Virus genome (UHGV): UHGV-1274323
Direction: 5' to 3' (one strand)
Length of the DNA: 41,059 nucleotides
Source of the DNA: a virus
Numbering within the stretch: position 1 is the first letter of the stretch; every line of letters begins with the position of its first letter. Made by a program: the position numbers and the translations under genes. A model generated the notes under the pieces. It worked only from the letters and a program-made list of their open reading frames with translations, searched no databases and was not told the DNA's origin. Below, piece after piece: positions 7,308 through 16,843 of the stretch.

Positions 7308-9199
7308 ATCTGGGTGAACTGGAAGGCAGCGAAGAAAAAAACAGGCAATATACTCAGGACGATTTTCTATATACAACAGCCCCCTATGAAGAGGTATATC
7401 AGTACAAGGATGAGCCCTTTCAGCATGACCGGCATTTGTCCATCATGTGTGGCAAGGCGGCGGCGGTAGGAATCCGCAATTTCAAGACCCTATACAGCAA
7501 ATATACCCTGTCTCTTAAACGGGCGTCGGCGGATGTTTATATCTGCAATATGACACAGTTTGAGGGGCAGCCGATGGAACTGGATGCCGGAAGCTGGCAA
7601 TGCGATGAACGCGGAATCAGCCGCTGGAACGGGCAAAAAGAAGAGATCGCCTGTTGTCATCCCCTGATGCCGGTGGAACGGCTGGTCAATATTGATACAG
7701 GGGTGGAGAAGCTGAAGATCGCCTATTCCAAAGGGAAACGATGGCGGGAAATCATTGTGGACAAGCGGATATTGGCATCCGCTAACAGCATTGTCCAGTT
7801 GGCGGACAACGGCATTGCGGTCAACAGTGAAAATGCCCGATCACTGGTACAGTATCTAAGTGATATAGAAAATATCAACTATGACCGGCTTCCTGAACGA
7901 AAAAGCGTGGGGCGGTTGGGTTATATCGAAGGAGAGGGATTCTCTCCTTACGTGGATGGTCTGATCTTCGATGGGGATGCCAACTTTCGCACGCTGTTTT
8001 CCAGCATCACCCATCACGGGGAATACGACGAATGGCTGAAAACGGCCAGGGAGTGCCGACAGATGAGCCTTACAGCGAGGATCATACTGGCGGCCTCCTT
8101 TGCCAGCGCTCTAGTGGAGCCGCTGGGCAGCCTGCCATTTTTCGTACACCTGTGGGGGGTGGACAGCGGCACGGGCAAAACCGTCGCCCTGATGCTGGCT
8201 GCCAGTGTTTGGGGAGATCCTCAGATTGGGCGGTACATACAGACCTTTAACAGTACCGTGGTTGGACAGGAAAAGACGGCGGCATTTCTCAATTCATTGC
8301 CCATGCTGGTGGACGAGCTGCAGTTAGCGCGGGATGCCCGTGGAAAGACGCAGTTCAACATCTATTCCCTGGCTCAGGGAGTGGGACGTACACGCGGGAA
8401 TAAGTCGGGAGGCGTGGACCGTACTCCTACCTGGTCAAACTGTATTCTGACCACGGGGGAATCGCCGCTGACCAATACCAGCGACGGTGCAGGGGCCATG
8501 AATCGCGTGATCGACATTGAATGCAAGGCGTCCGAAGTGGTGATCACTGACGGTATGCGGATTTCCGCGAACCTGAAGAAGCATTACGGCTATGCAGGAC
8601 GTGCATTTGTCAGCGGATTGTCCGGCGAAGGGGTATTGGATCAGGCAAGGTATTTGTATCAGGAGGTATTCCGCGCACTTTCGGAGAACGACACCACTGA
8701 AAAACAGGCGATGGCGGCGGCGGTGATCTTGACCGCGGATGCGCTGGCAACCCAGTGGATATTCAAGGATGAGACGCCCCTGACGGTATCGGAAATCTCA
8801 GAATTTTTGCAGTCGAAGGCAGCGGTATCCGCCGGAGAAAGGGGCTACCGGTATATGTGCGACTGGGTGGCACAGAACGTCAACCGTTTTCTTCCTTATG
8901 CGGAGACGGGAGATGTATACGGAGTTATAGAGCCGGAGGTTATAGGGACGCTGAAAACAGGATACGATTCCGCTTTCATCATCAATTCCCGATTCCGGCA
9001 GACAGCGGAGGAAGCAGGCTTTTCTAGCGCTGCGCTATTGAGTTACCTAAAGCAGTCGAACCTTATACAGGTACGGGGGCGGAACAATACCCGGGGAAAA
9101 CGGATCAACGGGTTACTCACTGAGTGTGTAGTTATGCGCATAGGGACAGGGTGCGAAGAGGACGACCCGGAGGAAGATCCGGACATTATCGAAATATAA
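7304..9199 (+). CDS. Replication protein: DUF927/D5-like SF3 helicase-primase family
   Basis: ATGA overlap with the previous gene. P-loop HLWGVDSGTGKTVALMLAASVWG. Its size (631 aa) and position upstream of the iteron field fit this role. Confidence 0.65.
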   Translation: MNLGELEGSEEKNRQYTQDDFLYTTAPYEEVYQYKDEPFQHDRHLSIMCGKAAAVGIRNFKTLYSKYTLSLKRASADVYICNMTQFEGQPMELDAGSWQCDERGISRWNGQKEEIACCHPLMPVERLVNIDTGVEKLKIAYSKGKRWREIIVDKRILASANSIVQLADNGIAVNSENARSLVQYLSDIENINYDRLPERKSVGRLGYIEGEGFSPYVDGLIFDGDANFRTLFSSITHHGEYDEWLKTARECRQMSLTARIILAASFASALVEPLGSLPFFVHLWGVDSGTGKTVALMLAASVWGDPQIGRYIQTFNSTVVGQEKTAAFLNSLPMLVDELQLARDARGKTQFNIYSLAQGVGRTRGNKSGGVDRTPTWSNCILTTGESPLTNTSDGAGAMNRVIDIECKASEVVITDGMRISANLKKHYGYAGRAFVSGLSGEGVLDQARYLYQEVFRALSENDTTEKQAMAAAVILTADALATQWIFKDETPLTVSEISEFLQSKAAVSAGERGYRYMCDWVAQNVNRFLPYAETGDVYGVIEPEVIGTLKTGYDSAFIINSRFRQTAEEAGFSSAALLSYLKQSNLIQVRGRNNTRGKRINGLLTECVVMRIGTGCEEDDPEEDPDIIEI

Positions 9200-9200
9200 C

Positions 9201-9480
9201 TGTGGGACAGCGTGGGACGATTGTGGGACAGACAGATTCCCGCAAACCCGCATGAACACTGGATTGTGGGACTGTGGGACATGTGGGGCCATATATACAC
9301 CCTATATATATGTGCGTGTATACATACGGCTTTTGAATAGAAGCATACACACTCTTCTATAGGGAATGAAAAATGTGTCCCACAGTCCCACACTACAAAA
9401 AAACACCCCGTGAACCCGCATGAACACTAGCTTTTTTGTGTGGGACAGCTTGTCCCACGGTGTCCCACAGTGTCCCACAA
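9201..9480. repeat. Iteron field: about 6 GTGGGAC and 6 GTCCCAC (inverted) copies flanking an AT-rich core, plus 2 copies of CCCGCATGAACACT. Candidate origin of replication
   Basis: GTGGGAC at 9202, 9212, 9223, 9266, 9274 and 9440. GTCCCAC at 9376, 9384, 9452, 9462 and 9472. AT-rich stretch 9291-9375 with imperfect palindromes. CCCGCATGAACACT at 9248-9261 and 9414-9427. Non-coding, and immediately downstream of the primase/helicase gene. Confidence 0.6.
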
Positions 9481-9497
9481 AAGAAAGGGGAAAGGAT

Positions 9498-9731
9498 ATG
9501 ACGGAAAAAGAAGCAGGCACTATACTGGAACGATCCGGTTACCGCATCCCGCCTTATCGCTTAGCGTGTATGGCGAAAACCGCGGCAAAGATCCTGCAGG
9601 CTGTCAGTGAAGGGGGTCCGGTAGCTTATACGCTCAGTGAAGCGCGGCTAGTATTGGAAATGGCAGGGATTTTGCTGGAAAAGGGTGCGGCAGAACAAGA
9701 ACAACCGGGAAAGGGCGATGGCCATGAATGA
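9498..9731 (+). CDS. Hypothetical protein (77 aa)
   Basis: RBS GAAAGGGGAAAGGA before the ATG at 9498. Confidence 0.5.
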   Translation: MTEKEAGTILERSGYRIPPYRLACMAKTAAKILQAVSEGGPVAYTLSEARLVLEMAGILLEKGAAEQEQPGKGDGHE

Positions 9732-10074
9732 TCAAATTCTGATGCAGAGGATTCGGGAGATTGAAAAAAGTGTGCTTCGCTGCGCTAAAGAGGGCGCCGG
9801 AGCTATGCCTCAAATGACCCTAAATGACACGGTGTTGTTTATTGGCCTGAAATATCTGTATATCGCATCCCAGCACCATTTGGTTTGCCGCGAGGAGCTA
9901 ACGGCGGAGAAAAAACGCTTGATTGCCAGCTATAAGATTGCGGCGCTGGATGATGAGGCTTATATGGAGATGGCTATACGCCGCAATGCCATTTCCTCTC
10001 AGATGGTCCGGCTAGAAAAATGCGGATGCGCTGCTTGCAGGGATATGATTAAGTTGATAGACGGGAGAAAGTAA
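9724..10074 (+). CDS. Hypothetical protein (~116 aa)
   Basis: ORF overlapping the previous stop. Start at ATG 9724 or 9718. Confidence 0.5.
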   Translation: MNDQILMQRIREIEKSVLRCAKEGAGAMPQMTLNDTVLFIGLKYLYIASQHHLVCREELTAEKKRLIASYKIAALDDEAYMEMAIRRNAISSQMVRLEKCGCAACRDMIKLIDGRK

Positions 10075-10125
10075 ACACCCGAGGTACGCGTTTAAAGGTG
10101 CATTGTGAAAAAAGGAGGCGAACCC

Positions 10126-10302
10126 ATGAACGAGACCGAAGCCCTGTCCTATCTGGCTGAAATTATCGATGCAGCGAGAGCAGGCGGGGCACCGCGAGAG
10201 CATATCCAGGCGTTGCAGCTGGCGCGAGAGGCGCTGGACACCGTATCATCAAACAATAAATCATTTAGGGAATCTATTATGAAAATACACGAAAACCGAT
10301 GA
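10126..10302 (+). CDS. Hypothetical protein (58 aa)
   Basis: RBS AAAAGGAGGCG before the ATG at 10126. Confidence 0.45.
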   Translation: MNETEALSYLAEIIDAARAGGAPREHIQALQLAREALDTVSSNNKSFRESIMKIHENR

Positions 10303-10336
10303 ATTGATACAGATGGAAAAGGGAGAGAAAAGCTGA

Positions 10337-10954
10337 ATGAAACCGATACTGTTTAACACCGAGATGGTCCGGGCGATTTTGGACGGGCGAAAGACTGTTA
10401 CCAGAAGAGTAATCCGGTGGGACAAAGCGGATAATGCGCTCTCTTGCCCGGACAGGAGAAAAAATATAGAAATCCCCGACGATAAAATCATTGAACGTCT
10501 TTGCGGAGCTCCGTACCGCATGGCTGACATCCTGTATGTGCGGGAGACATGGACGATACTGCCCGTCACTCCTGGCGACAATTTCCGCCCGAGCGGGGTG
10601 TATTACTACAAAGCAGATGGTGACATGAGGCCTGATCGTTTTCGAGACAACGGCTGGCATCCATCCATACATATGCCCAAGGAGGCGGCGCGGATATTTC
10701 TGAGGGTGCAGGACGTACATGTGGAGCGAGTGCAAGAGATAACCGGCGCGGAATGCGTCCGGGAGGGCATACCGCAAGAATCGCTAAAGGAGGTAGGCGA
10801 GGCGTTTACAGTAGGGCAATTCGCCGATCTATGGGATAGTACCGTCAAGCCTTCCGATCGCGCCCTCTATGGCTGGGATGCTAATCCCTGGGTATGGGTT
10901 ATCGATTTTGAGAGGATGAGCCGAGACGAGGCGCTAAAGGAGGAATCAAAATGA
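10337..10954 (+). CDS. ASCH-domain-like protein
   Basis: RBS GGGAGAG. The N-terminus MKPILFNTEMVRAILDGRKTVTRRV resembles the characteristic ASCH/PUA-like N-terminal strand motif of phage ASCH proteins. Confidence 0.5.
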   Translation: MKPILFNTEMVRAILDGRKTVTRRVIRWDKADNALSCPDRRKNIEIPDDKIIERLCGAPYRMADILYVRETWTILPVTPGDNFRPSGVYYYKADGDMRPDRFRDNGWHPSIHMPKEAARIFLRVQDVHVERVQEITGAECVREGIPQESLKEVGEAFTVGQFADLWDSTVKPSDRALYGWDANPWVWVIDFERMSRDEALKEESK

Positions 10955-11169
10955 ACATCACTGGATACGACGTGGTCTATAACGAGCGGGTATACCATTG
11001 CATTGATCTTCAGCCCGAGTGGGGACCTGACTTTGTCGACGACGGATCGGTTGGAGCTAGAGAGCCCAAGATGTTATATGTAATGTGCATTGACAGTGAC
11101 ACCAATGTTACAGCATTATACGACGAGGCGTGGCGCTTCCGGTTCGTGAGGAGGGCTAATCATGAATGA
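10951..11169 (+). CDS. Hypothetical protein (72 aa)
   Basis: ATGA overlap with the previous gene. RBS AAAGGAGGAA. Confidence 0.5.
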   Translation: MNITGYDVVYNERVYHCIDLQPEWGPDFVDDGSVGAREPKMLYVMCIDSDTNVTALYDEAWRFRFVRRANHE

Positions 11170-11350
11170 ACTGAAACCGTGCCCGTTTTGCGGGAGTGAG
11201 AATGTTGAATTTACCCTAGACGATGAGCAACAAATGGAAAATACAGAAACTGGTTTTATTTGGTGCCATGGATGCGGATTCTCAAGTGACAGCTATTATA
11301 ACCTGGCGAAAGCAATTGACGCCTGGAACAGGAGGGCGGACGATGAATAA
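11162..11350 (+). CDS. lar: Lar-family restriction-alleviation protein (zinc ribbon)
   Basis: MNELKPCPFCGSENVEF…WCHGCGFSS: a C-x2-C…C-x2-C ribbon with the Lar-type N-terminus 'ELKPCPFCG'. RBS GAGGAGGG. Confidence 0.65.
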   Translation: MNELKPCPFCGSENVEFTLDDEQQMENTETGFIWCHGCGFSSDSYYNLAKAIDAWNRRADDE

Positions 11351-11627
11351 CGATGATCTGATTAAGCGACTTAGGAAGGCCCGCGGATTCTCGAAACACA
11401 GGAAGATGTGCCAAGAGGCCGCTAACGTTATCGAGTATCTAGAAATCGAGGCAAAAGATCTGGAATTTACTTGCTTTGTTGGCGACCCACATAAAGTTAC
11501 AGAATGTCCGTATGTTGATAGGCTGGCGGATCTGGAAGCTGAAAATGATGAGCTGAAAGAAAAGCTAAAGGATAGTTTTCAAGGGAGGCTGCTTAATAAA
11601 TTGAAGAAAAAGGAGGTGGAAGAGTAG
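11343..11627 (+). CDS. Hypothetical coiled-coil protein (94 aa)
   Basis: Start at MNNDDLIKRL with RBS GGAGGG, overlapping the lar stop. The listed ORF 11223..11627 has an unsupported 5' extension. Confidence 0.5.
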   Translation: MNNDDLIKRLRKARGFSKHRKMCQEAANVIEYLEIEAKDLEFTCFVGDPHKVTECPYVDRLADLEAENDELKEKLKDSFQGRLLNKLKKKEVEE

Positions 11628-11630
11628 CCA

Positions 11631-11825
11631 ATGAAAACAATATGTGAAATAGTGATATGCGCCATGTCAACGGCTGGCATATCCGTTATGTTATTGTTTG
11701 TATGTTTTTTCCTTGGCCATACCTCAGCACCGTCTTGGTACGAAATTGTGTTGACAGGTGTCGTAAGCGCACTTGCCGCAAACAAGTTGTACAAGCTGTC
11801 CACTAAAGGGGGGAGCGACACATGA
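11631..11825 (+). CDS. Small membrane protein (64 aa)
   Basis: RBS AAAAGGAGGTGG. Two hydrophobic helices. Confidence 0.5.
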   Translation: MKTICEIVICAMSTAGISVMLLFVCFFLGHTSAPSWYEIVLTGVVSALAANKLYKLSTKGGSDT

Positions 11826-11983
11826 TTACTATCACCTTTGGAGCTGTTGCACTGATGCTGGCCGCCACAGCGTCCCTGTCGGCCTGCTTGGGGCTGATGA
11901 TCGGGTGCCTGATACAAGTCGCCTCGGACAAGCGCAAGGGCAATCAGGGCCTTGCAAGGGACGATAAGAGGAGGCCAAAGTGA
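11822..11983 (+). CDS. Small membrane protein (53 aa)
   Basis: ATG at 11822 overlaps the previous stop. Product MITITFGAVALMLAATASLSACLGLMIGCLIQ…. Not in the ORF track because it is under 60 aa. Confidence 0.3.
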   Translation: MITITFGAVALMLAATASLSACLGLMIGCLIQVASDKRKGNQGLARDDKRRPK

Positions 11984-12234
11984 CTACATATTGCTTGGGG
12001 GAAAATTGCAAGTTCCGCAACAAAAGCAATGGGATGTGTTTGTGGGCGACAGGGTGCCCTTTGGGGCTGGATGTGGATTCCGGCCTTGCAGGATACCTTG
12101 GTTCGGACAAGCAGAAGCTGTTGACAAAAGCAGAGCAATGGCGGAAGGGGGAGGAGGATGGCAAACACAACGGGAGGAGCAAGGGCCGTATGTCCCTTTT
12201 TTCAGCACGACTCCCGTTTCGAAATCACCTGTGA
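11980..12234 (+). CDS. Cys-rich small protein (84 aa)
   Basis: GTG start with RBS AAGAGGAGG. Product has CLGENCKF…CLWATGCP. It overlaps the next gene by 77 nt, so one of the two may be mis-called. Confidence 0.4.
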   Translation: MTTYCLGENCKFRNKSNGMCLWATGCPLGLDVDSGLAGYLGSDKQKLLTKAEQWRKGEEDGKHNGRSKGRMSLFSARLPFRNHL

Positions 12235-12382
12235 GGGGTTGACGGCGGAGGATCAGCTCCAGATCAAATTCCGGACAGAAATGAAAAAGGAAAACTACCT
12301 GCGGGAAGTGTGCTGCACCTTCTGCTATGAAAAGCGGTGCCCGGTGGCCCATATGCTGGAACAGAAATACCGAAGTGAATAA
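12158..12382 (+). CDS. Cysteine-rich phage protein (Cys_rich_VLP-like) immediately upstream of the terminase genes
   Basis: Strong RBS GGGGGAGGAGG. Product has CPFF…C…CCTFCYEKRCP, eight Cys in 74 aa. Confidence 0.55.
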   Translation: MANTTGGARAVCPFFQHDSRFEITCEGLTAEDQLQIKFRTEMKKENYLREVCCTFCYEKRCPVAHMLEQKYRSE

Positions 12383-12471
12383 CCGCCTTTTTGCCTGGGG
12401 AGAAAAAAGGACGGAAGAGCGGTATGCTGGAAGGAGAAAGGACGGGAAACCGGAATGAGCAGGTGGTGAGG

Positions 12472-12972
12472 ATGGCGCGGCTGACCGAAAAGCAAAAGCG
12501 TTTTGTATCGGAATATCTGGTTGATCTGAATGCCACGCGCGCTGCCCAGCGGGCGGGATACAAAGATCCCAATATCGGACGGCAGCTCAAAACGAAAAAT
12601 AACGTTTCGGCAGCCATTCAGAAGGCTATGGAGAAACGCGAGAAAAGAACGGAAATAACTCAGGACCGGGTATTGGAGGAGCTGGCCGCCATCGGTTTTG
12701 CCAAGGGGACGGATTACGCGCAGATACAGTCAAACGGCCATGTGAGCCTTACCCCCACGGAGGTGCTGACAGAGGGACAAAAGGCGGCGGTTCTGGGGGT
12801 CAGGGAAACACAGTACGGTGTGGAGATCAAGCTGGCGGACAAGGTGCGGGCCCTGGAACTGCTGGGCAAGCATCTGGGGTTGTTTGCCGGGCGCGTTCCG
12901 GAGGAAGAGGGGACCGGCGGTGTCATTGAGATCGGTGCGGTGCTGCCGGACGAAACGGAGGGGACGCCATGA
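12472..12972 (+). CDS. terS: Terminase small subunit
   Basis: MARLTEKQKRFVSEYLVDLNATRAAQRAGY… is the hallmark N-terminus of P27-type small terminase. It overlaps the large-subunit start. Alternative upstream starts are at 12391 and 12424. Confidence 0.8.
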   Translation: MARLTEKQKRFVSEYLVDLNATRAAQRAGYKDPNIGRQLKTKNNVSAAIQKAMEKREKRTEITQDRVLEELAAIGFAKGTDYAQIQSNGHVSLTPTEVLTEGQKAAVLGVRETQYGVEIKLADKVRALELLGKHLGLFAGRVPEEEGTGGVIEIGAVLPDETEGTP

Positions 12973-14405
12973 GCGCAATCTGGTCGCCTCAACCCAAACA
13001 ACTGGCGTTTATGGCGCGGCCGGAATATGAATGCCTGTACGGTGGAGCGGCGGGGGGCGGAAAAAGCGACGCCCTGTTATGCGAGGCCCTGCGGCAGGTA
13101 TCGATCCCTCATTACAGGGGGCTGATTCTGCGCAAGACCTATCCGCAGCTCACCGAGCTCATCGACCGCAGCCGGGAGCTGTACGGCAGGGCGTTTCCAG
13201 CGGCGAAATACAACGGGACGGAACACTGCTGGACCTTTCCCTCCGGGGCAAAAATCTATTTCGGTTCCATGCAGTACACCAAGGACCGGGTGAACTACCA
13301 GGGCAAGCGGTACGACTACATCGCTTTCGACGAGCTGACCCATTTCAGCTGGGAGGAATACAGCTACATGTTTTCCCGCAACCGGCCCAGTGGACCGGGG
13401 ACCCGGTGCTATATCCGCGCCGCCACCAACCCGGGAGGCATTGGTCACGGCTGGGTCAAAGAGCGGTTCATCACGGCGGCGCCGCCCCTGACACCCATCG
13501 AGAGCCGAATGACAGTGACCGGGCCGGACGGCCGCGGCATAGAAGTGACCCGCCGGCGCATTTTCGTGCCGTCCACGGTCTTTGACAATCAGGCATTGCT
13601 GCAGAACGATCCGCAATACATAGCCAGTCTATCCATGCTTCCGGAGGCGGAGCGCCATGCGCTGCTGTATGGCTCCTGGGACAGCTTTGACGGCCAGGTG
13701 TTCCGGGAGTGGCGCAACGATCCCGCCCATTACGACGATCAGCGATGGACCCATGTGGTCCGGCCGTTCCGTATCCCGGGCCACTGGCGGGTATTCCGGG
13801 GCTTTGACTTCGGTTATGCCAAGCCCTTTTCCGTGGGCTGGTATGCGGCGGACGAGGACGGGAGGCTGTACCGCATCGCAGAGTATTACGGCTGCACCGG
13901 CACCCCCAACACCGGTGTGAAAATGAACCCGGTGGAGATCGCGGCCCAAATCAAACGGATCGAAGGCGAGGAGGAAAATCTCAAGGGGAGGATGATCCAG
14001 GGGATTGCCGACCCCTCCATCTTTGACGAAAGCCGGGGAGAGAGCGTGGCCGCCATGATGGGGCGGGCCCCAAACTTCGTGTACTGGACAGGTGGGGACA
14101 ACACCCGGCTGGCGGGAAAGATGCAGTTCCATTACCGGCTGGCCTTCGACGAGGAGGGCAGACCCATGTTGCAGGTATTTGACACCTGCCGTCATTTTAT
14201 CCGCACGCTGCCCTCCTTGGTGTATGACGAGAAACGGGTGGAGGACATCGACACCGATCAGGAGGATCACATCTACGACGAATGCCGGTATGTGCTGATG
14301 GAAAACCCCATTTCCCCGAGGAAAAACGAGGCGGCGAAGCCACCGGCGGAGGATCCGCTGGATCTGGCGCCAAAACGGGACCCCTATCAATTTTACCGGA
14401 TGTAA
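12969..14405 (+). CDS. terL: Terminase large subunit
   Basis: 478 aa. Walker A YGGAAGGGKSDA. Position and size are typical, with ATGA coupling to terS. Confidence 0.9.
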   Translation: MSAIWSPQPKQLAFMARPEYECLYGGAAGGGKSDALLCEALRQVSIPHYRGLILRKTYPQLTELIDRSRELYGRAFPAAKYNGTEHCWTFPSGAKIYFGSMQYTKDRVNYQGKRYDYIAFDELTHFSWEEYSYMFSRNRPSGPGTRCYIRAATNPGGIGHGWVKERFITAAPPLTPIESRMTVTGPDGRGIEVTRRRIFVPSTVFDNQALLQNDPQYIASLSMLPEAERHALLYGSWDSFDGQVFREWRNDPAHYDDQRWTHVVRPFRIPGHWRVFRGFDFGYAKPFSVGWYAADEDGRLYRIAEYYGCTGTPNTGVKMNPVEIAAQIKRIEGEEENLKGRMIQGIADPSIFDESRGESVAAMMGRAPNFVYWTGGDNTRLAGKMQFHYRLAFDEEGRPMLQVFDTCRHFIRTLPSLVYDEKRVEDIDTDQEDHIYDECRYVLMENPISPRKNEAAKPPAEDPLDLAPKRDPYQFYRM

Positions 14406-14423
14406 CACAGGAGGCGAAAGCGT

Positions 14424-16358
14424 ATGCAGGAACAAATCGGAAAGGCGCCGGAGGCGAACGGTGTCCGGTTGGTGAGTATTTCGCCGGAGACGGCGGGGCA
14501 GGCGGCGGAGTCCGCTGTTCCGGCCGGGCGGATCGGAGAAGAAGAGATTCGGGAAGCCGCCCGGGTTCTACAGGAATACAAGCGGGGCAAGGCCAATCTG
14601 GAGGCCCGCATCATCGACAACGAGCAGTGGTGGAAGCTGAGGCATTGGGAACAGATCCGAAAGAAGAACGAGCACGACCCGGAACCGGTATCGGCCTGGC
14701 TGTTCAACTCCATTGCCAACAAGCACGCGGACGCCATGGACAACTTCCCCGAGCCCAGCGTACTGCCCCGGGAGGAGGGGGACAAAGAGGACGCCCGGGC
14801 CCTGTCCTCCATCCTGCCGGTGGTATTGGAGGAAAACGGGTACGAACAGACCTATTCGGACAAATGGTGGTATAAGCTCAAAACCGGTACAGGGGTGGAG
14901 GGCGTTTTCTGGAACCCCGGAAAGCTGGGAGGGCTGGGAGACATCGAGATCCGTAGGTTGGATCTGCTGTCCCTGTTCTGGGAGCCGGGTATCCGGGACA
15001 TCCAGAAGTCCCGAAACGTCTTTCATGTGGAGCTGGCCGACAACGATCTGCTGGAGCAGCGGTATCCTCAGCTCAAGGGGACGCTGGGCACTTCCACGGT
15101 GGATGTGGCGCAGTACGTCTATGACGATGCCGTGGACACCTCCCATAAATCCGCCGTGGTGGATTGGTACTACAAGCTGGAGGAAGGGGGCCGGACCCGG
15201 CTGCATTACTGCAAGTTTGTGAACAGCTGTCTGCTGTATGCGTCGGAGAACGATCCCCTGTATCAGCAGAGGGGGTTTTACGATCATGGGGAATACCCCT
15301 TCGTGTTCGACCCCCTGTTTATGGAAGAGGGCACGCCGGCGGGGTTCGGTTATATCGACATTATGAAAAGTCCCCAGCTGTCCATTGACAAACTGAACCA
15401 GGTGATTCTGAAAAACGCTCTTATGTCGGGGAAAAAGCGGTTCTTTATCCGTGCGGACGGGGCGGTCAACGAAGAGGAGTTTGCCGACTGGAGCCGCGAT
15501 TTTGTCCATGTGCAGGGCAACCTGGGGGAGGACAGCATACGGGAAATCGAGACGCGGCCGCTGGATTCTATCGTAGCCACCGTTATGCAGTTAAAGATCG
15601 ACGAAATCAAGGAGACCTCCGGCAACCGGGATTTTTCTCAGGGAGGGACCACCTCCGGCGTGACGGCGGCCTCCGCCATTGCGGCGCTGCAGGAGGCGGG
15701 AAGCAAGCTGTCCCGGGATATGATCAAAGCCTCTTATCGGGCCTTTACCCAGGTATGCACCCTGTGCGTGGAGCTGATTCGCCAGTTTTACGATGAGCCC
15801 CGGCAATTCCGCATCCTGGGGGAGCGGGGCGCCATGGAATTTATCCAGTACAGCAACGCCGGGATACGTCCTCAGGAGCAGGGGCAGGCCTTTGGAGTAG
15901 AGCTGGGGTACCGGCTGCCGGTATTCGATATCAAGATCCGGTCACAGAAGAGCAGCCCTTTCTCCAAGCTGAGCCAGAATGAGATGGCGAAGGAGTTCTT
16001 CGGCATGGGCTTCTTTCGGCCGGATATGGCGGATCAGGCCCTGTCCTGTATGGAGATGATGGACTTTGAGGGCAAGGATGCGGTGATGAACCGGGTAGCG
16101 CAGAACGGCACGCTGTATCAGATGGTACAGCAACTCCAGCAGCAGGTGATTCAGCTGGCGGCCATTGTGGACGCGCAGAATGGGACGGCCATTGCCCCGG
16201 GAGCAGCCGCTGCGGATTTGGGAAAGGTTGCGGCTCCCAAAGAAGGGAGCGGGACGGCGGTGGAGACCAATCCCCTGGGCGCGGCGGTGCAGTCCTCCCG
16301 GAATACGGATGCGGCGACAGCACGGAGCCGGGCCATGAACGCGGCCAGGCCGCAGTAG
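14424..16358 (+). CDS. Portal protein
   Basis: 644 aa, directly downstream of terL with RBS CAGGAGGCG. Order and size are canonical. Confidence 0.8.
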   Translation: MQEQIGKAPEANGVRLVSISPETAGQAAESAVPAGRIGEEEIREAARVLQEYKRGKANLEARIIDNEQWWKLRHWEQIRKKNEHDPEPVSAWLFNSIANKHADAMDNFPEPSVLPREEGDKEDARALSSILPVVLEENGYEQTYSDKWWYKLKTGTGVEGVFWNPGKLGGLGDIEIRRLDLLSLFWEPGIRDIQKSRNVFHVELADNDLLEQRYPQLKGTLGTSTVDVAQYVYDDAVDTSHKSAVVDWYYKLEEGGRTRLHYCKFVNSCLLYASENDPLYQQRGFYDHGEYPFVFDPLFMEEGTPAGFGYIDIMKSPQLSIDKLNQVILKNALMSGKKRFFIRADGAVNEEEFADWSRDFVHVQGNLGEDSIREIETRPLDSIVATVMQLKIDEIKETSGNRDFSQGGTTSGVTAASAIAALQEAGSKLSRDMIKASYRAFTQVCTLCVELIRQFYDEPRQFRILGERGAMEFIQYSNAGIRPQEQGQAFGVELGYRLPVFDIKIRSQKSSPFSKLSQNEMAKEFFGMGFFRPDMADQALSCMEMMDFEGKDAVMNRVAQNGTLYQMVQQLQQQVIQLAAIVDAQNGTAIAPGAAAADLGKVAAPKEGSGTAVETNPLGAAVQSSRNTDAATARSRAMNAARPQ

Positions 16359-16369
16359 GAGGATAGAAG

Positions 16370-16705
16370 ATGACAACGGTGGAATACAGCAACCGGGGCG
16401 GGATGTTCCGCCTGAAGGCGGACGGTCATGCTGGATGGGAGGGGACGGAGCCCGGTCGTGATTTGGTGTGTGCGGCGGAATCCATGCTGGCCTATACCCT
16501 CCTGCAATCCCTGCAGGATGCCAGGGAGCGAGGATGGATTCAGGAGCTGGATACCGATATCTGGGACGGCGGCGTATTGGCGGAGGCAGTTCCCGCCCCC
16601 GACGGCATGGTCCGGGTCGCCACCATTTACCGCACGGTATTGACCGGCTACCGGATGCTCTCGAGGCGGTATCCGCACAACGTGGAGGTGCTAGTGGACC
16701 GGTGA
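16370..16705 (+). CDS. prp: Prp-family cysteine protease (ribosomal-processing protease homologue)
   Basis: ADGHAGWEGTEPGRDLVCAAESML matches the Prp/YsxB His-Cys dyad region (GHAx…DxVCAAVS). It lies between the portal and scaffold genes. Confidence 0.7.
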   Translation: MTTVEYSNRGGMFRLKADGHAGWEGTEPGRDLVCAAESMLAYTLLQSLQDARERGWIQELDTDIWDGGVLAEAVPAPDGMVRVATIYRTVLTGYRMLSRRYPHNVEVLVDR

Positions 16706-16843
16706 CGGAAATATTTTTTCTCGCCGCATGCAAGCGGGGAGAAATGGGAAACGGGATGCGCTATGCTGATCATGGCAGGGGAATCCGCAGGAGTGCGGAA
16801 ACCGGCTGGCTCTTGGGAAAGACCATGAAAGGAAGGGACAAAA

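Noticed and set aside
9201-9480. Possible CRISPR array
   Set aside because: The repeats are only 7-14 bp, irregularly spaced, and present in both orientations. This fits iterons or binding sites rather than a CRISPR repeat-spacer array.
11223-11342. N-terminal 40 codons of listed ORF 11223..11627
   Set aside because: They overlap the lar gene in another frame with no RBS. A well-placed GGAGGG-ATG start exists at 11343.
11773-11967. 64-aa ORF (MPQTSCTSCPLKGG…)
   Set aside because: Alternative frame across the better-supported small membrane-protein gene 11822..11983. No RBS.
13629-16733. Several long minus-strand ORFs (13629..14435, 14568..15509, 15942..16733) across terminase/portal
   Set aside because: Shadow ORFs opposite strongly supported terminase and portal genes. 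They are typical of GC-rich coding DNA.
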